A stretch of 64,000 bases of DNA, taken from contig JANHCV010000003.1 in the NCBI GenBank assembly GCA_025594325.1, forward strand, positions 1,054,001 to 1,118,000, written 5' to 3'. A program made the translations under genes and the position numbers. Within the stretch, counting starts at the first letter, position 1. Each line of letters opens with the position of its first letter. Positions 1 through 12,000 of the stretch are shown piece by piece. The notes under the pieces were generated by a model. The model was given only the letters and a program-made list of their open reading frames with translations. It had not been told where the DNA came from and ran no database searches. Origin of the DNA: Blastocladiella emersonii ATCC 22665 (taxonomy: Eukaryota; Fungi; Blastocladiomycota).

Positions 1-149
1 TGCGCTCGGCGCTGCCGACCTGCTTCAGATCAGGCGGGATCGCGAGGCCGGCGACGCGACGGTGGACGCGACGTGACGCGTGGCGGCGGTTTCGACTCAC
101 AGCGCGTCAGCGGCCCACGCTCTCTCTCTCGCAGCGCAGCAAAGCCACC

Positions 150-949
150 ATGACCGTTGAATCAAATGTAACACCACCGCCGCCGCAGGATGCCGAGACC
201 ACCATGACGATACCTGCGCTCCCGTTCCCCGTCGCCATGTCGCTCGCCGTCCTGGAACACGCCGGAACCGCGCCAGGAACCGACGCCGTCCGCGCGGCCG
301 TTCGCGAGCGCACGGCGCCCATGAGCGATGCGGATAGGGAGCCGGTCGCCGTGGACGTGTTGTTCGACGATCCGCGCGTCGGTTTCGCGCAGACGCTCGC
401 CGACTTTGCCGCTGACGGGCTCGTGCGTGTCTCGGACGGCAACGAGGGCAAGTCGTGGGAGCTGACCGACGCAGGGACGGAGTACCTGACGTACGCCACG
501 GTAGTGCTCCTCCATCGACTGCGACAGCGGCTAACGGTTTGCCGTGTAGCGAGCTGCGGCGCAACGCGGCCGACGCGGCGTGGCTCGACCTCGTGGTACG
601 TCTCAGCCGCGACTTTCTCGCGAAGCTGCTGGACTCACCCTGCCTGTTCGATTAGACGGCCGAATTTGGCCAGTTCCTCGCGGCGCTGTCTCACCGGCAC
701 CGTGCGCAGGCCGGGCTCGACACCGCGGTTGCCGCGCTCGGCGAGCGTGGGACGAGCGAGGCGGACGCGATCGCGGCGCTGGAGGCGCACGTCAGCAACC
801 TGCACAAGTACAACGAGTACCAGGACCTGGCGCAGACGGCCATGGGCCAGATCGCGGTCCTCGACGGCGTGACGGTCAAGCGCGTGTACCAGGACCTGGG
901 CATCGAGCTGCCCGCGGAAGCGCCGGCGCGGGCGCGGAGGAGCGTGTGA
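150..949 (+). CDS. SWI5: Swi5/Sae3-family recombination mediator with N-terminal extension (3 exons)
   Basis: Two GTACG..AG introns (~491-549, ~596-655) join the frames. The last exon reads HVSNLHKYNEYQDLAQTAMGQIAVLDGVTVKRVYQDLGIEL, matching the Swi5 domain pattern. TGA at 947-949. Confidence 0.75.
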
Positions 950-994
950 AGCGAGCTGTGCGGGTGATGCGATGTGGAGTATGTATAAAAGATG

Positions 995-2203
995 CTACTG
1001 GAACTGGGCCTTGGCGACGTTGCTGTACTCTGGTGGCGCGTTGTCGTACTGGTCGACCAGCAGGTCCTTGCGGTGCTTCTCGAACCATGCCACGAGGTCG
1101 CGGACCTGCGCGACCACGGCGTCGAGCGCCTCGGCGTCCAGCCCGGCGGTCGCGACGACGCGCGGGAACTCGACTAGATTAAGGGGTGAGCGCGCGCGGG
1201 ACGGAGAATCAGACGAAAAGGACGTACCGAACAAGCGAAGCAGATGCTCCCCGCCGTACAGCGTCGACGCGGCGCGGTCAGGGAAGGCGCGCAGAATCTC
1301 GAGGTACTGGAGGCGCTCGAACCGGTACAGGAGCAGGCTGCCGAGGGCGCGGTCAAAGTAGGCGCGCAGGCCCGCCACCGTCTCGTTGAGCACGTCGACC
1401 GCGTGCGTGTCCTTGGCCTTGTCCTTGTCCTTGTCCTTGCTGTCGATGTCGCCCGAGCCAGCGAGCAGGTCCTTGGCGCGCTCGTCGCGGTACCGCTCGA
1501 GGATATCGGCGACGGAGGGCGTGCGCGGGAGCGGGACGAGCTGGGCGTTGGAGATGCGGGCCCAGTCGTCGACCAGGTCGGCCTTGAGCTCCATGGGGAT
1601 CGGGATCAGCTGGTGCTTGTCCTCGTCGGCGGCCTGGCGCACCGCGGCGCGCGCGGCTTTCGACAGGGCAATGGGCCGGTCGCGGTCGCGGCGCGACGCG
1701 GCGGACGTGGAACCGAGTCCCGAACCCGTGTCCGAGTCGCGGTGCTGTTGCTGCTGCTGCTGCTGCTGCAGCTGGTGGTAGCTCGCGGACCGGTCCTTGG
1801 CGGACGGCGTCGTCGCGCCCGTTGGAGCGGTGCCGAGCGACGACGTGGTTGGGGTGCCGCTCGGCTCGCCGGCGGTCGCAGCAGCAGCGGCAGCCGAGGA
1901 CGCGGAAGCGGACGAAGACGTTCCCTTGCGCTGTTTGCTCTCAGCGACGAGCTGGCGCATCAGGGTGAGGTTGGCGGGCTGCCACTTGAGCATGCGGCCG
2001 TTGGTGACCCACTCGTCCCACTTGACGTTCCAGCCCTTGTAGTGGATAAAGTACTCGCGGTCGCAGCCGTCGTCGTGGCGCACCTTGAGCACCTTGGCCT
2101 CGTACAGGAACGGGCCGTGGTAGCACAGCACGCGCTCGTGCACGTCGTAGACGGCGGTGCGGTCGCCGCCCTCGGTCGACGGGCCGACGTGCGGGTCGTG
2201 CAT
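995..2203 (-). CDS. EAF3: Chromodomain-MRG protein (NuA4/Rpd3S subunit)
   Basis: Chromo-barrel VLCYHGPFLYEAKVLK...YFIHYKGWNVKWDEWV and MRG domain (LVDDWARI...LPRTPSVADIL...YFDRALGSLLLYRFERLQY...YGGEHLLRLF). In-frame 54-nt intron at 1174-1227. First ATG is 2203; the track start at 2215 is GTG. Confidence 0.93.
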   Translation of the reverse strand: MHDPHVGPSTEGGDRTAVYDVHERVLCYHGPFLYEAKVLKVRHDDGCDREYFIHYKGWNVKWDEWVTNGRMLKWQPANLTLMRQLVAESKQRKGTSSSASASSAAAAAATAGEPSGTPTTSSLGTAPTGATTPSAKDRSASYHQLQQQQQQQQHRDSDTGSGLGSTSAASRRDRDRPIALSKAARAAVRQAADEDKHQLIPIPMELKADLVDDWARISNAQLVPLPRTPSVADILERYRDERAKDLLAGSGDIDSKDKDKDKAKDTHAVDVLNETVAGLRAYFDRALGSLLLYRFERLQYLEILRAFPDRAASTLYGGEHLLRLFGTSFSSDSPSRARSPLNLVEFPRVVATAGLDAEALDAVVAQVRDLVAWFEKHRKDLLVDQYDNAPPEYSNVAKAQFQ

Positions 2204-3093
2204 GGTGTCGGTCACGTCGATGGTTGCATAGAGTGGTGCGGATCGCGGGGCACGGCGGCCGAGGCCCGCGGCGGCGGAGAGAAGCGCGACCCGCGTGGGA
2301 ACGCGCCGCCGTGGCCACCGCGATGGTCGGTGGCCGCCGTGACGCTCGCTGTCCGCGGTCCCCGGCGTGGCGTCCCAGTCGACTCGATGGTCGCTGAACG
2401 TTGCTGGACCCCGGCCGGCCCCCCATGGGCCACCGGCTCATGTCCGAGTCCCTGTTGGGCGTCGCGGCGGCGGACGACCTGGCCGCCGTGATCCCTCCCT
2501 CTCCTTGCTCCTCTTCTCCTCCAACAAGCGTGATAGTAATACTCGCGCAAGCTCGGGCTCAGTCTGACAGCGCGGATCGCGCGCCGACCGCTTAAGGTAC
2601 GGCACGGGCGCGTCCACGTCCCGCCCTTCCTTCCTCGCCGGCCACGCCACGAGTGCGACCGACCTCCACCACCGGATCCGGGTCGCATCAGCGTCATCGA
2701 TAGCGATGGATGGTCGGCAGGCTTGGTCGCCGCTATCACTACGCGCGCCCTTGACCGCAGCTCGCAGTCGCGGCGACCGAGTGCGGCGCCCTGCGGTCCG
2801 GTGTACTGTGCAGCGCGGCCAGGCGGCCAGGTGAGGCGTTCGACCTCTCCTCCCCTCCCTCCTCTCCGCTAACGCTCCCAGCGCCCATGAATTACCGACT
2901 CGCTTGATGCATTGCCGTGTCTGATAGCTCTTGCACACTTTTGGACCTTTTCCCCCGGCAGCGCGAGCCCCGTCACCATCCCGTAGACGCGCGACACCGC
3001 CACCGCCACCGCCGACTTCGACGATCCGCGCGCGCGTGAGCGCTCCTCCGCCACCGCTTCTCTTCCACACGCAACGGAACCGCACACGTCGCC

Positions 3094-3105
3094 GCCGCCA
3101 CCATG
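3094..3105 (+). promoter_or_regulatory. Kozak-like start context GCCGCCACCATG
   Basis: Exact sequence gccgccaccATG at the inferred start codon 3103. Confidence 0.6.
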
Positions 3106-6100
3106 TCGTTCATGAGCTTCTTCGCGCCCATCGGGCCCATGTTCACGGGCCTCGATAGTACGGTCCTGCGCGCCACCGCACGAACGCGCCAGTCGTGTGC
3201 TGACCTTCCCTCGCTTCGCGCGCAACCTTAGTGCTCATCCGCTACAATGCCGCGTACGAGTCCATCGACCCGGCCATTGAGCGCCTGCAGCGCCGCCTTG
3301 AGAGCCTGCGCTTCCTGCTGCGCTCGATCCACGAGTACGCGTCCCCACTTCCTTCCGACTCGGTGAACCATCACTAACATCTTCATGCAGACTCAAGCCC
3401 AAGCACCTCGCCCTCAGCGACCTCTTCTCCAACGCGCAAAAGCACGTCACGCAGGAGCTCATGGCCGAGTTCGAGGTGTTCCTCGCCGACTACAGCCGCG
3501 GGCCCAAGGAGCACAAGCAGAAGATCATGCGCAAGCTGGCGCGCACCGGCGACAAGCTCAAGAAGATTGCGCTGTCGACCAAGAACGAGATGACGCTGCG
3601 CCGCATGGACGAGGCCGTGTCCAAGGTCGTCGGCGAGGTCAACACGCTGCTGCAGGTCGAGGAAATGTACAACCTCAACAACATGTCCGACTCGCTGCGC
3701 GCCGTGCTCGGCGGGCTCAAGGACATGCCGGCCGCCAACGAGCAGCTGATCCGCGAGATGGAGGCGCGCGTCCTCGGCAACCTCAAGGGCATGCGCGAGA
3801 TGCTCGGCGACTCGCGCCAGTCGCTCAAGGGCATCAACGCCAGCATCTCGCTCATCGCCAAGGACCTCGCCTCGGTCCACAAGACCATCAACGCCGTCCC
3901 GCCCTACCTCAAGCACGTCCAGAGCACCGAGATCCGCGACCTGTGGCGCAACCGCGAGTGGGCCGACTGCATCCCGCTCGCCCATTTCGCGCGCGCCTTT
4001 GGCGAGTTTGTCGACTACACGTTCGCCACGCTCGCGCCCAAGATCCAGGAGCACGTCGTCAACCGCATGTGCCAGGAGCTCCTCGACCGCGCCGCCGCCA
4101 GCTCCAACACCCACTCCAAGGACTACATTGCCCCCTCGGACCTCGACCGCATGATCCCGCGCGAGTCGCAGCTCATCGACTACATGCTGGGCCTCGAGTT
4201 CGGCTGGGTCCTGTACCTCGACCACCTCAACGCGCAGATCGCCGCCGCCGCCGAGTCGCTCGAGGCCAACCCGCGTAAGACCGCGACCCTGCACCGCGAG
4301 CTGTCGACGGTCCTCGCGCCCTTCGCCGCGCAGTTCCCGATCGGCGCCGAGTACAAGGCCGACGCCGTGGTCTCGGTGCAGCGCAACCTGGACGTGTACC
4401 GCGGCGGGTGGCCCGCCGACGCGTGTGCCGTCGTCGACGCGGTTCAGGCGGTCGCTGCCGCCCTGACGGACGCGTCGCCCGACGACGTGCTCTTCTCGGC
4501 GCTCGACCCGCGCGTCGCCGGAAGCGCACAGCTGTTCGGCGCCGCGCACGCCGCCATCGCGGCTGCCGCGCACCACCTGTTCGCGCTCATGGACGTGGAG
4601 CTCCCCGCCGGGTTCGCGCCGCTCGACGACGTCGACCCCGCCGACGCCGACGAGGACACGATGCGCAACTCGGCGCTCCTCGCGCAGCTCGAAGTCGTGC
4701 GGCGCAACCTGGCGCGCGTGCTGGCCGACGAGGACACGCCCGCCGCGATCGCCGCGGTCGCGAGCTCGGCCGTCGCCAAGCTGTTCATCCGCATGACGGC
4801 GCTCAACCTGCTAACGCCCGCGACCGTCGCCGGGCTCACCAACTGCTTCACGGCGACGCACCACGGGATCCCGGTCCTCGTGCACCCGACGGGGATCCCG
4901 TCCGCGTCCGACTTACCCGCGGACCTCGTCGCGTTCCTGCGCCGCGCCCACGCCCAGCCGCACCCGTCGCTCCTGCACGTCCTCGGGCTCGCCGTGTACC
5001 AGGGCCACTGGACGCTGGTCATGGAGCGGCCTGCGATGCCGTGTGCGACGCTCGACACGGTGCTCGCCGACGCCGGCCGCCACCTGTCCCTCGCGGCCCG
5101 CGTCAGCGTCGCCCGTGACATCGCCGCCGCCGTCGAGTACCTGCACGCCGAGGGCGTCCCCGTCGCGGCGCTCGCGACGCGCGCGGTCCTCGTCGACCGC
5201 CGCGGGAACGTCAAGCTCGTCGGCGGGTTCCGCGCGGCCGCGTGGATCGACGAGGGCGAAGCCGCCGCGACGCTGCTGCGGTACGCGTCCCCCGAAATGG
5301 CCGCCGGGTTCGCGGGCCCGCGCGGGTCGCTCGACGCCGACATGTGGTCCATGGGCGCGGTCTTCGTGGCGCTGCTCACGGGCAAGGAGTTTTTCGACGA
5401 CGTCAGCGACGAGGCCCTCGCGGCGCACCTCGCCGAGTGCGAGGCCAAGGGCGGCGCCGTCGCCCTGCCCACGCTCCCCGCGCTCGACTCGCGCCTGCTC
5501 GAGGTCATTGCCGACTGCCTGCGCACGGCGCCCGCGGAGCGGCCGACGATCGAGGACCTGCTCGGCACGCTCGAGCAGCTGATCGAGGAGGGCGCGGTGC
5601 AGGTCGAGGACTCGGCCGCGGTCGTCGCGGGCTCTGGGTTGGTCGACGGGAACGGCAGCCAGGCCGGGTCCGTGCGAAACGGGTCGGTCGCGTTCCCGCC
5701 GCCGCGCGTCACGTCGCGGTCCAGCACCGCGTACAGCGTCGGCGCGTCGTCGACGTATTCGGGCTCGCTCCCGCCGTACGATATTGGGAGTCCGGGGAGC
5801 CCCGGGCAGTGGCAGCAGATGCCGGCGCAGGGCGTGTACCCGTCGCACGTCCGCGGCAACGGTGCGGGCGCGCCCGTCAACATGCTGGCGCAGGCGATCC
5901 AGGAGTACAACAGCGGCAAGGGCGACGTGCAGCGGGCGATCCAGATGTTTGACACGGCGTACCTGACGTACCAGCAGTACGACGCGCTGCACTACCTCGG
6001 CAACATCTTCTATTTCGGCGCGCCCGGTGCGATCGAGCCCGACTACCAGCGCGCGTACGAGTACTACCTCAAGGCGACGCAGAACGGGTCGCGGCTGGGG

Positions 6101-6565
6101 CACGTCGGGCTCGGCGACTGCTACCTGTTCAACCTCGGCCTGCCCGAGCCGCAGACGCTGGCGACGCGCCTGCAGCAGGCCCGCCACCACTACACGCTGG
6201 CGTACCGCGACCACCCGAGCCCGCCCGCGCGTCTCCTGTGTGGGCTGGCGGACCTGCAGTACTACTCGAAGCAGGGCGAGACGCGCCTGCAGTACCGCCC
6301 CGTCCAGTTCGACCAGGACGCCATCAGCATGTACCAGCGCGCCGCCACGCTCGAGCAGGGGTACTACCGCGCCCAGGTCGGGCTCGCCGACTGCTGCCTC
6401 GCGGCCGGCGACCGCGACACCGCCAAGGAACTGTACCTGTCGGTCGCCGACGCCATGCCCACGCTGCGCCGCGTCTTCATCGGGCTCTCGCTGTGCGCCA
6501 CCGACCACGAGGACCGCGAGTCGTACGGCGTCATGAGCGAGTCGCCCGACGTCAGCGACCACTGA
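3103..6565 (+). CDS. N-terminal helical bundle (MLKL-NTD/HeLo-like?) + pseudokinase + Sel1-like repeats
   Basis: Exons 3103-3157, 3232-3334 and 3391-6565 splice in frame. Kinase fold retains LVME, YLH, YASPE and DMWSMG, but the VAIK, HRD and DFG positions are replaced. C-terminal Sel1 repeats (ALHYLGNIFYFG..EPDYQRAYEYYLKATQNGSRLGHVGLGDCY). Confidence 0.75.
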
Positions 6566-6641
6566 GTTGGCAGGGGAAGGTTGTGAGTGTGTGTATTCAA
6601 GTTTCAATTTTGTCTTATATGTGCAAGTATTAGGGTCGAGA

Positions 6642-8525
6642 TCAGTACAAAAACGCGCCGCCGCCGGCGCCGGCCTTGTTCGACGCCGCGTCCGTGTGCG
6701 GGACGACGACGCCGCGGACGAGCCGGTCATGGACGGCGCGGAGCGCGCGCTCGCTGGCGTCCTGGGCAATGACGCACGAGATGTTGATCTCGGACGCGCC
6801 CTGCGAGATCATCTCGATGTTGACGCCCTCGGACGCCAGGATGCTGAACATCTTGCCCGACGTGCCGACCATGTTGCGCATGTGGCGGCCGACCACGGAC
6901 AGGATCACCTGGCGCGGCTGCAGCGAGACGGCGCCGAGCCGGCGGAACTCGGCGAGGACCTTGGCGAGGGACTTGGGCTCGACGTCGTCCTCGTGCTGCT
7001 GTTGGGACTCGTCGGCGTCCACGGGGATCGCGATTGAGACGTGCACCTCGGACGTGGTAATCAGGTCGACGACGACGCCGTGGCGGTCGAGGATGCCGAA
7101 GATGGACGACAGGAAGCCGTGCGAGTTGGACTTGCGGTTGCTGCGGATGTTGACGACGAGGATCGAGTCCTTGATGGTGACGGCGGTCGGGTGCTTCGAG
7201 TCCTTGAAGTAGCGGGTGCCGCCGGGGCTGACCTCGCCGCTGAGCGCCTGCTCGGCGGCCGCGTCGCCGGCCGTCGGCGGGCACACGAGCGTGCCCGCGC
7301 CGGACGGGTTGAACGTGTTCTTGATGCGGATCGGGACGCCGGCGCGGATCACCTGGTCCATGGTAAACGGGTGGATGACCTCGGACCCGTAGTAGGTGAG
7401 CTCGGCGGCCTCATCGGGGGTGATGGCCGAGAGCAGGCGCGCGCTCGGCACCTTGCGCGGGTCGGCCGTGAAGATACCGTCCACCTCCTTCCAGATCTGC
7501 AGCTCGAGCGCTTGCACGCCGACGGCGACGAGCGCCGCGGTGAGGTCCGTGTACCCGCGGCCGACCGACGCCAGCAGCGAGCCGGGGATCGGGCCCATGA
7601 ACCCGGTCACGACGGGGATCGCGCCGCCCGCGGCCACGGCGTCGACGGACGCGGCGAGCCGGTGCGCGAGGTAGTCGTAGAACTGCTGGTTGACCTCGGC
7701 GTCCTGCCACTCGGGCTCGACGAGGGCCGCCGCGTTGACGAAGACAGCGTCGACGCCGCGCGACTGCAGCACGGCCGTCATGACGAGACAACTGAGCTTC
7801 TCGCCCGTCGAGATGATCGCGTCGCGCGACTTGGGCGAGATCTCGTCGATGATGCGGATCGCGCGCAGGAACTGCGCGAGCCGGTCGCACTCGCCGCGGA
7901 TGTCGCGCTCGAGCCCCGCGAGCAGTGCCGGGTGCGTCTTGCTGTCAATGGCGTCGGCGACGGCCGCGAGGTGGTTGGCCTCGATGGCCGAGATGACCGA
8001 GGTGAAGGCGGCCTCGTCCGTGGCGTGCAGCGCCGCGTCGGCCGCCTTGATCAGCAGCGACGTGGTCCCGCTCGCCTTCTTGACCGACGACATGGCGCTG
8101 CACACGAGCACGGGGCGAACGTGCTCGAGCTGCGAGATGACAATGTCGGCGACGGCTAGCAGCCGCGGCGCCGTGCCGAGCGAGGTCCCGCCAAACTTCA
8201 TGACCACCCATGGCAGCTCCATGCTCGCGCACATGTTCGACACGGACAGCATGTTGTTGATGCGCGACCGCGTGTTGCGCGGGTGATGTTTCGCGGGTGC
8301 TGAGGAAGCAGCGAGCGTCGGGGTCGTCGGCGCGCTCGAGTCGAGGTCGTTGTGGTGGGGTTCCGCCGAGGCAGGTACGGCAGCTGCAGCAGGTCCGTTC
8401 CGCGGCGGCGATACGGATGGCGAGGGCGATGCGGGCCGGGAGCGCAGGCGCAGTGGGGGCGGCGGGGGCGAGCGCGACGTCGACGACGGCGACTTGGATG
8501 GCGATGAGGGAGAAGAAGCAGTCAT
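6642..8525 (-). CDS. HOM3: Aspartate kinase with C-terminal ACT domains
   Basis: VVMKFGGTS, GRGYTDLTAAL, QIWKEVDGIFTADPRKVP, ELTYYGSEVIHP, and ACT repeats (VDLITTSEVHVS; NIEMISQGASEINISCVI). Confidence 0.95.
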   Translation of the reverse strand: MTASSPSSPSKSPSSTSRSPPPPPLRLRSRPASPSPSVSPPRNGPAAAAVPASAEPHHNDLDSSAPTTPTLAASSAPAKHHPRNTRSRINNMLSVSNMCASMELPWVVMKFGGTSLGTAPRLLAVADIVISQLEHVRPVLVCSAMSSVKKASGTTSLLIKAADAALHATDEAAFTSVISAIEANHLAAVADAIDSKTHPALLAGLERDIRGECDRLAQFLRAIRIIDEISPKSRDAIISTGEKLSCLVMTAVLQSRGVDAVFVNAAALVEPEWQDAEVNQQFYDYLAHRLAASVDAVAAGGAIPVVTGFMGPIPGSLLASVGRGYTDLTAALVAVGVQALELQIWKEVDGIFTADPRKVPSARLLSAITPDEAAELTYYGSEVIHPFTMDQVIRAGVPIRIKNTFNPSGAGTLVCPPTAGDAAAEQALSGEVSPGGTRYFKDSKHPTAVTIKDSILVVNIRSNRKSNSHGFLSSIFGILDRHGVVVDLITTSEVHVSIAIPVDADESQQQHEDDVEPKSLAKVLAEFRRLGAVSLQPRQVILSVVGRHMRNMVGTSGKMFSILASEGVNIEMISQGASEINISCVIAQDASERALRAVHDRLVRGVVVPHTDAASNKAGAGGGAFLY

Positions 8526-9044
8526 GGTGCTTCAGAGTCTCTAAGCCAGGTTCCGGCTCGGCTCGGTTCGTGTGCTTCGTGGGTGGCTACGTAGTGTGTG
8601 GAGAGGGCGCGAGCGGGAGGCGGGAGGAGAAGGCGTCGGTTATGAGGGCCGTCGACGACGCCACGCCCTCTGAAAATGGCGTATGCTCTCTCCTCTGCCC
8701 GCACGTCCCGCGCGGCACCGCGATAAGCGCGACCATATGACTAGGAGCGGCACGGAGCACGCCGGGATCGGGGCCGCCGTGACTCTTAGCCGCCGCCATC
8801 CGCCATCTTCGTCGCGGCCATCGCGGGGCGCAGCGCGGCGACCTGAAACGGATGTAGGCGTCGCCACACGTGATTGTTCGTCGCGTCTCGCACGCGAGAC
8901 ATCCTCGCGCGAGGGGAGGCCAAGACGACTGTTTACTCTTTCAATCTCTGGGAATGAGGAGGGACATTTGATCACATCTCAAGTTACTCGTCGTAGCGCG
9001 CCTGCCGAGCTGCCGCGCGGGCCTACATCGCATGCGAGTCTGAG

Positions 9045-12000
9045 TTAGCCATGTCCCCGATGCCTCGCAACCACAACCAGACGTACCGCGCGAGACGGTC
9101 GCTTGACCTGCTCCTCCTCCTCCTCCTCGTCATCGACATCCATGGCTGCACGATCACTGCTCGCGCTCGCCGCCGCCGCCGCGTCGTCGTACTCGTCCTC
9201 ATCGGCCACAATCCGGCGGCCCTTGCGGCGCGTGCTGCGGCGGGCGCCCGCGTCCTCGTCCTCGTCGTCCTCGTCGCCCTCGTACAGGAGCGACGCCTCC
9301 ATGGACTCGAGCGCGCGCTTCGACACGGCGCGGGCCCGCGTGGACCGCCGCGACCGGCCGGTGCCGGTATCCCCATCGTCATCGTTGTCGGACGCAGGCG
9401 CCGAAGCCGCGGGCGCCGCCCGGCTGGTCCGCGTCGTGCGGCCGCTGCTCCGGGTCGCGGGCTTCGCGGGCGCCGATGCGGGTTTCGCGGCCGCAGCCGT
9501 CTTGGCGCGCTTGCGCGGGCCCATGGCGGCAGACCGGGCCTTGGCGGCGGTCGCGGCAGCTCGTGGCCGCTTGCGCGGGTTGACGCCGGTCCCGTCGTCG
9601 CCGTCCTGCGCCGCGGCGATCGCGGCGGCCGTGGCCTCGTCGACGGACGCGCGGCGGGTGCGGCCGAGCGTCGAGAAATCGGGGACCGCGTGGTACTCGG
9701 TGGCGCCCGACGCGGTACCCGTTCCCGAGGAGGAGAGCAGGTCGGCCTCGGTCTGCTTCTTGTGCTCGCGCGTGATCAGGCCCTTGACCGTGGACGCGGC
9801 GGCGCGCACCTCCGAGTCAAAGTAGTAGTCGAACACGGCGGCGAACCGGTTGACCCAGAACATGAGCTCGGCGGCGATCGTGGCCTTGCGCAGGTCGGCC
9901 AGGCTCTGCCCGGGCAGCGCCGTCTCAAAGTACTGCGCGACCGACCCGTGCGTGTTGCGGTCGGTGCGCCACGGGAACTTGTACAGCGCGTTGGCCGCGG
10001 GCGTGTCGAGGAACAGCGACGCGAACGGGCCCGCGAGGTAGTCGCGGAGCGCCTCGACCGTGTGCGTGGTCTGCTCGAACTCGGCCTCGTCGAGCTGCCG
10101 CGGCGCGGTGTGCGCGCGGTCGAGCCGGTGGCACGCGAGCACAACGAACCGGTTGGCCATGGGCACCAGCGGCCGCACCACGTCGCGCACCTGGTCGACG
10201 GCCCACGCGACCATAGCCTCGGCGTCGCGGTCGCACCGCAGCGGCGGGCGACGCGCAAACTCGGCCCACGTCGTCATGGTCGCGGCCTCGATCGCCGCGG
10301 CGGTCTCGGTCATGCGCTTCTTGAGCCCGCGCGTGACCAGCGGCACCAGCCGCAGGTGGTTGGCGAGCTGCGCGACGCGCTCGCACGTGTAGTACGTGAG
10401 CTCGCGCTCGGGGACCATCCCGTAGCCCTCCTCGACGACGAGCGCGCCGAGCGCGCGGATGTACAGGTACCGGCGGCCGTCGCCGTCGCGCCCGAAATCG
10501 AGCAGGCCCTCGTACCGCTTGGACGAGGTCGACGAGCGCGTCGACGCCGCGGCGCCCGTCGGGGCAGCAGGGGCAGGCGAACCGGTGGCACTGCCCGCGG
10601 CCGCAGCTGCAGCCGCCGCCGCCGAGGCGACGACGGACACGCTCTCGGGCGGGAACTTGTGCGACCCGCTGCGGGCGCGGTCAAAGTACTCGTCGTAGGT
10701 GCCCGTCTCGGAGAGCATGAGCGGCTTGGCGTCGGCGGCCTCGAGGACGCGCAGGTGCTCGGCGCGGGTCTCGAGGAACTGCTCGAGGCGGGCGCGCTTG
10801 GTGCGCGTGGCGGTCTCGCGCTCCTTGAGGCACTTGACGAGGAGCTTTTGGTGGTCGATCGCGGCCGGGGAATCGATGCCGTCGGCGGCAATGGGCTCGC
10901 CGGCATCGCGCGCCGCGTCGTGGGCAGCGTCAGCGGCAGCAATGGCCTTGGTCAGCGCGTTGTAGTCGTCGACGTTGCGCTCAATGTCGCGGTCGAGGAC
11001 GCGCAGGTGGTTCTTGAACGGGGTGGTGCTGGCGCGCAGGTCCGACGTGTACCGGCGCGTGCGCTCGCGCTTGACGGGCTCGAGCGGGTTCTCGACCGCG
11101 TTCTTGAAGTAGGCGCGGAACGACTCGGACTGCACGACCAGGGCTACGACGTGCGCGAACAGGCGGATCCGGTCGTCGGGCGACATGGCCACGGCGTCGA
11201 CCGGGTACACGGGCAGCGCGCGCTGCTCGGCCTGCTGGTTGTACAGCACCTGCCAGTCGAGCGGCGCCGCGTCGTGTACCAGGTCAATCGCGTACGGCGC
11301 CTGGTGATGCATCAGCGCCGCGCCGAGCGCGAGCCCGTGCGTCACGAACTTGCGGTCGTCGCCGAGGATCGACTCGAGGTACTCTACGCGTCAAGGGATA
11401 AGGGTGAGTCTCGGCGCCATGATCATCGAGTCACACTGAGACCGAAAAATAAATGACGCACGGATGGTGCACTTGGCCGGGTCGGTAAACTGCTCGGGGA
11501 GGGGGAGGTACTCGACGCCGTGGCGGAACAGGAACTCGTGGACGACGACGAGGTCCATGACGCGCGCGAACGGCGCGAGCCACCGCTTGTCGCCGGGCGG
11601 GAACGCCGGGTCGGCGACCGCCTTGAAGAAGGTGACGGTGAGCGCCGCCGCCGACGGCTGCTTGCCGCGCGACGCCGCCGGGTGGAACGGGCGCGGGATC
11701 GCAGCGCGCGCCGCCGCCGCAGGTGTGGCCGCGAGCGGCTTCACGGCTGGCGAATTGGGCGCCGTCGCCGCCTCGCTGTCCTCGGCCTCGCTCAGGTCCG
11801 ATGCGCCCGCGAGCAGATGGTGGTGGTGGTGGTGGTGGTGGTGCGCGACCTCGAGCGCCGACGACGCGGCCGTGCGCACGACGCCAAGCGACGCGAGCGA
11901 GTGCGAGATGGCGGGGAGCGTCGGCGAGCCCTTGAACGTCGCGAGCTGCGCGCTCGCCGAGTTGGCGCTGCGGGGCCCCGGCGGCGGCGGGACGACCGAG

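Noticed and set aside
2216-3102. ORFs between EAF3 and the pseudokinase gene
   Set aside because: Overlapping short frames with no homology cues; the region fits a divergent promoter and 5' UTRs.
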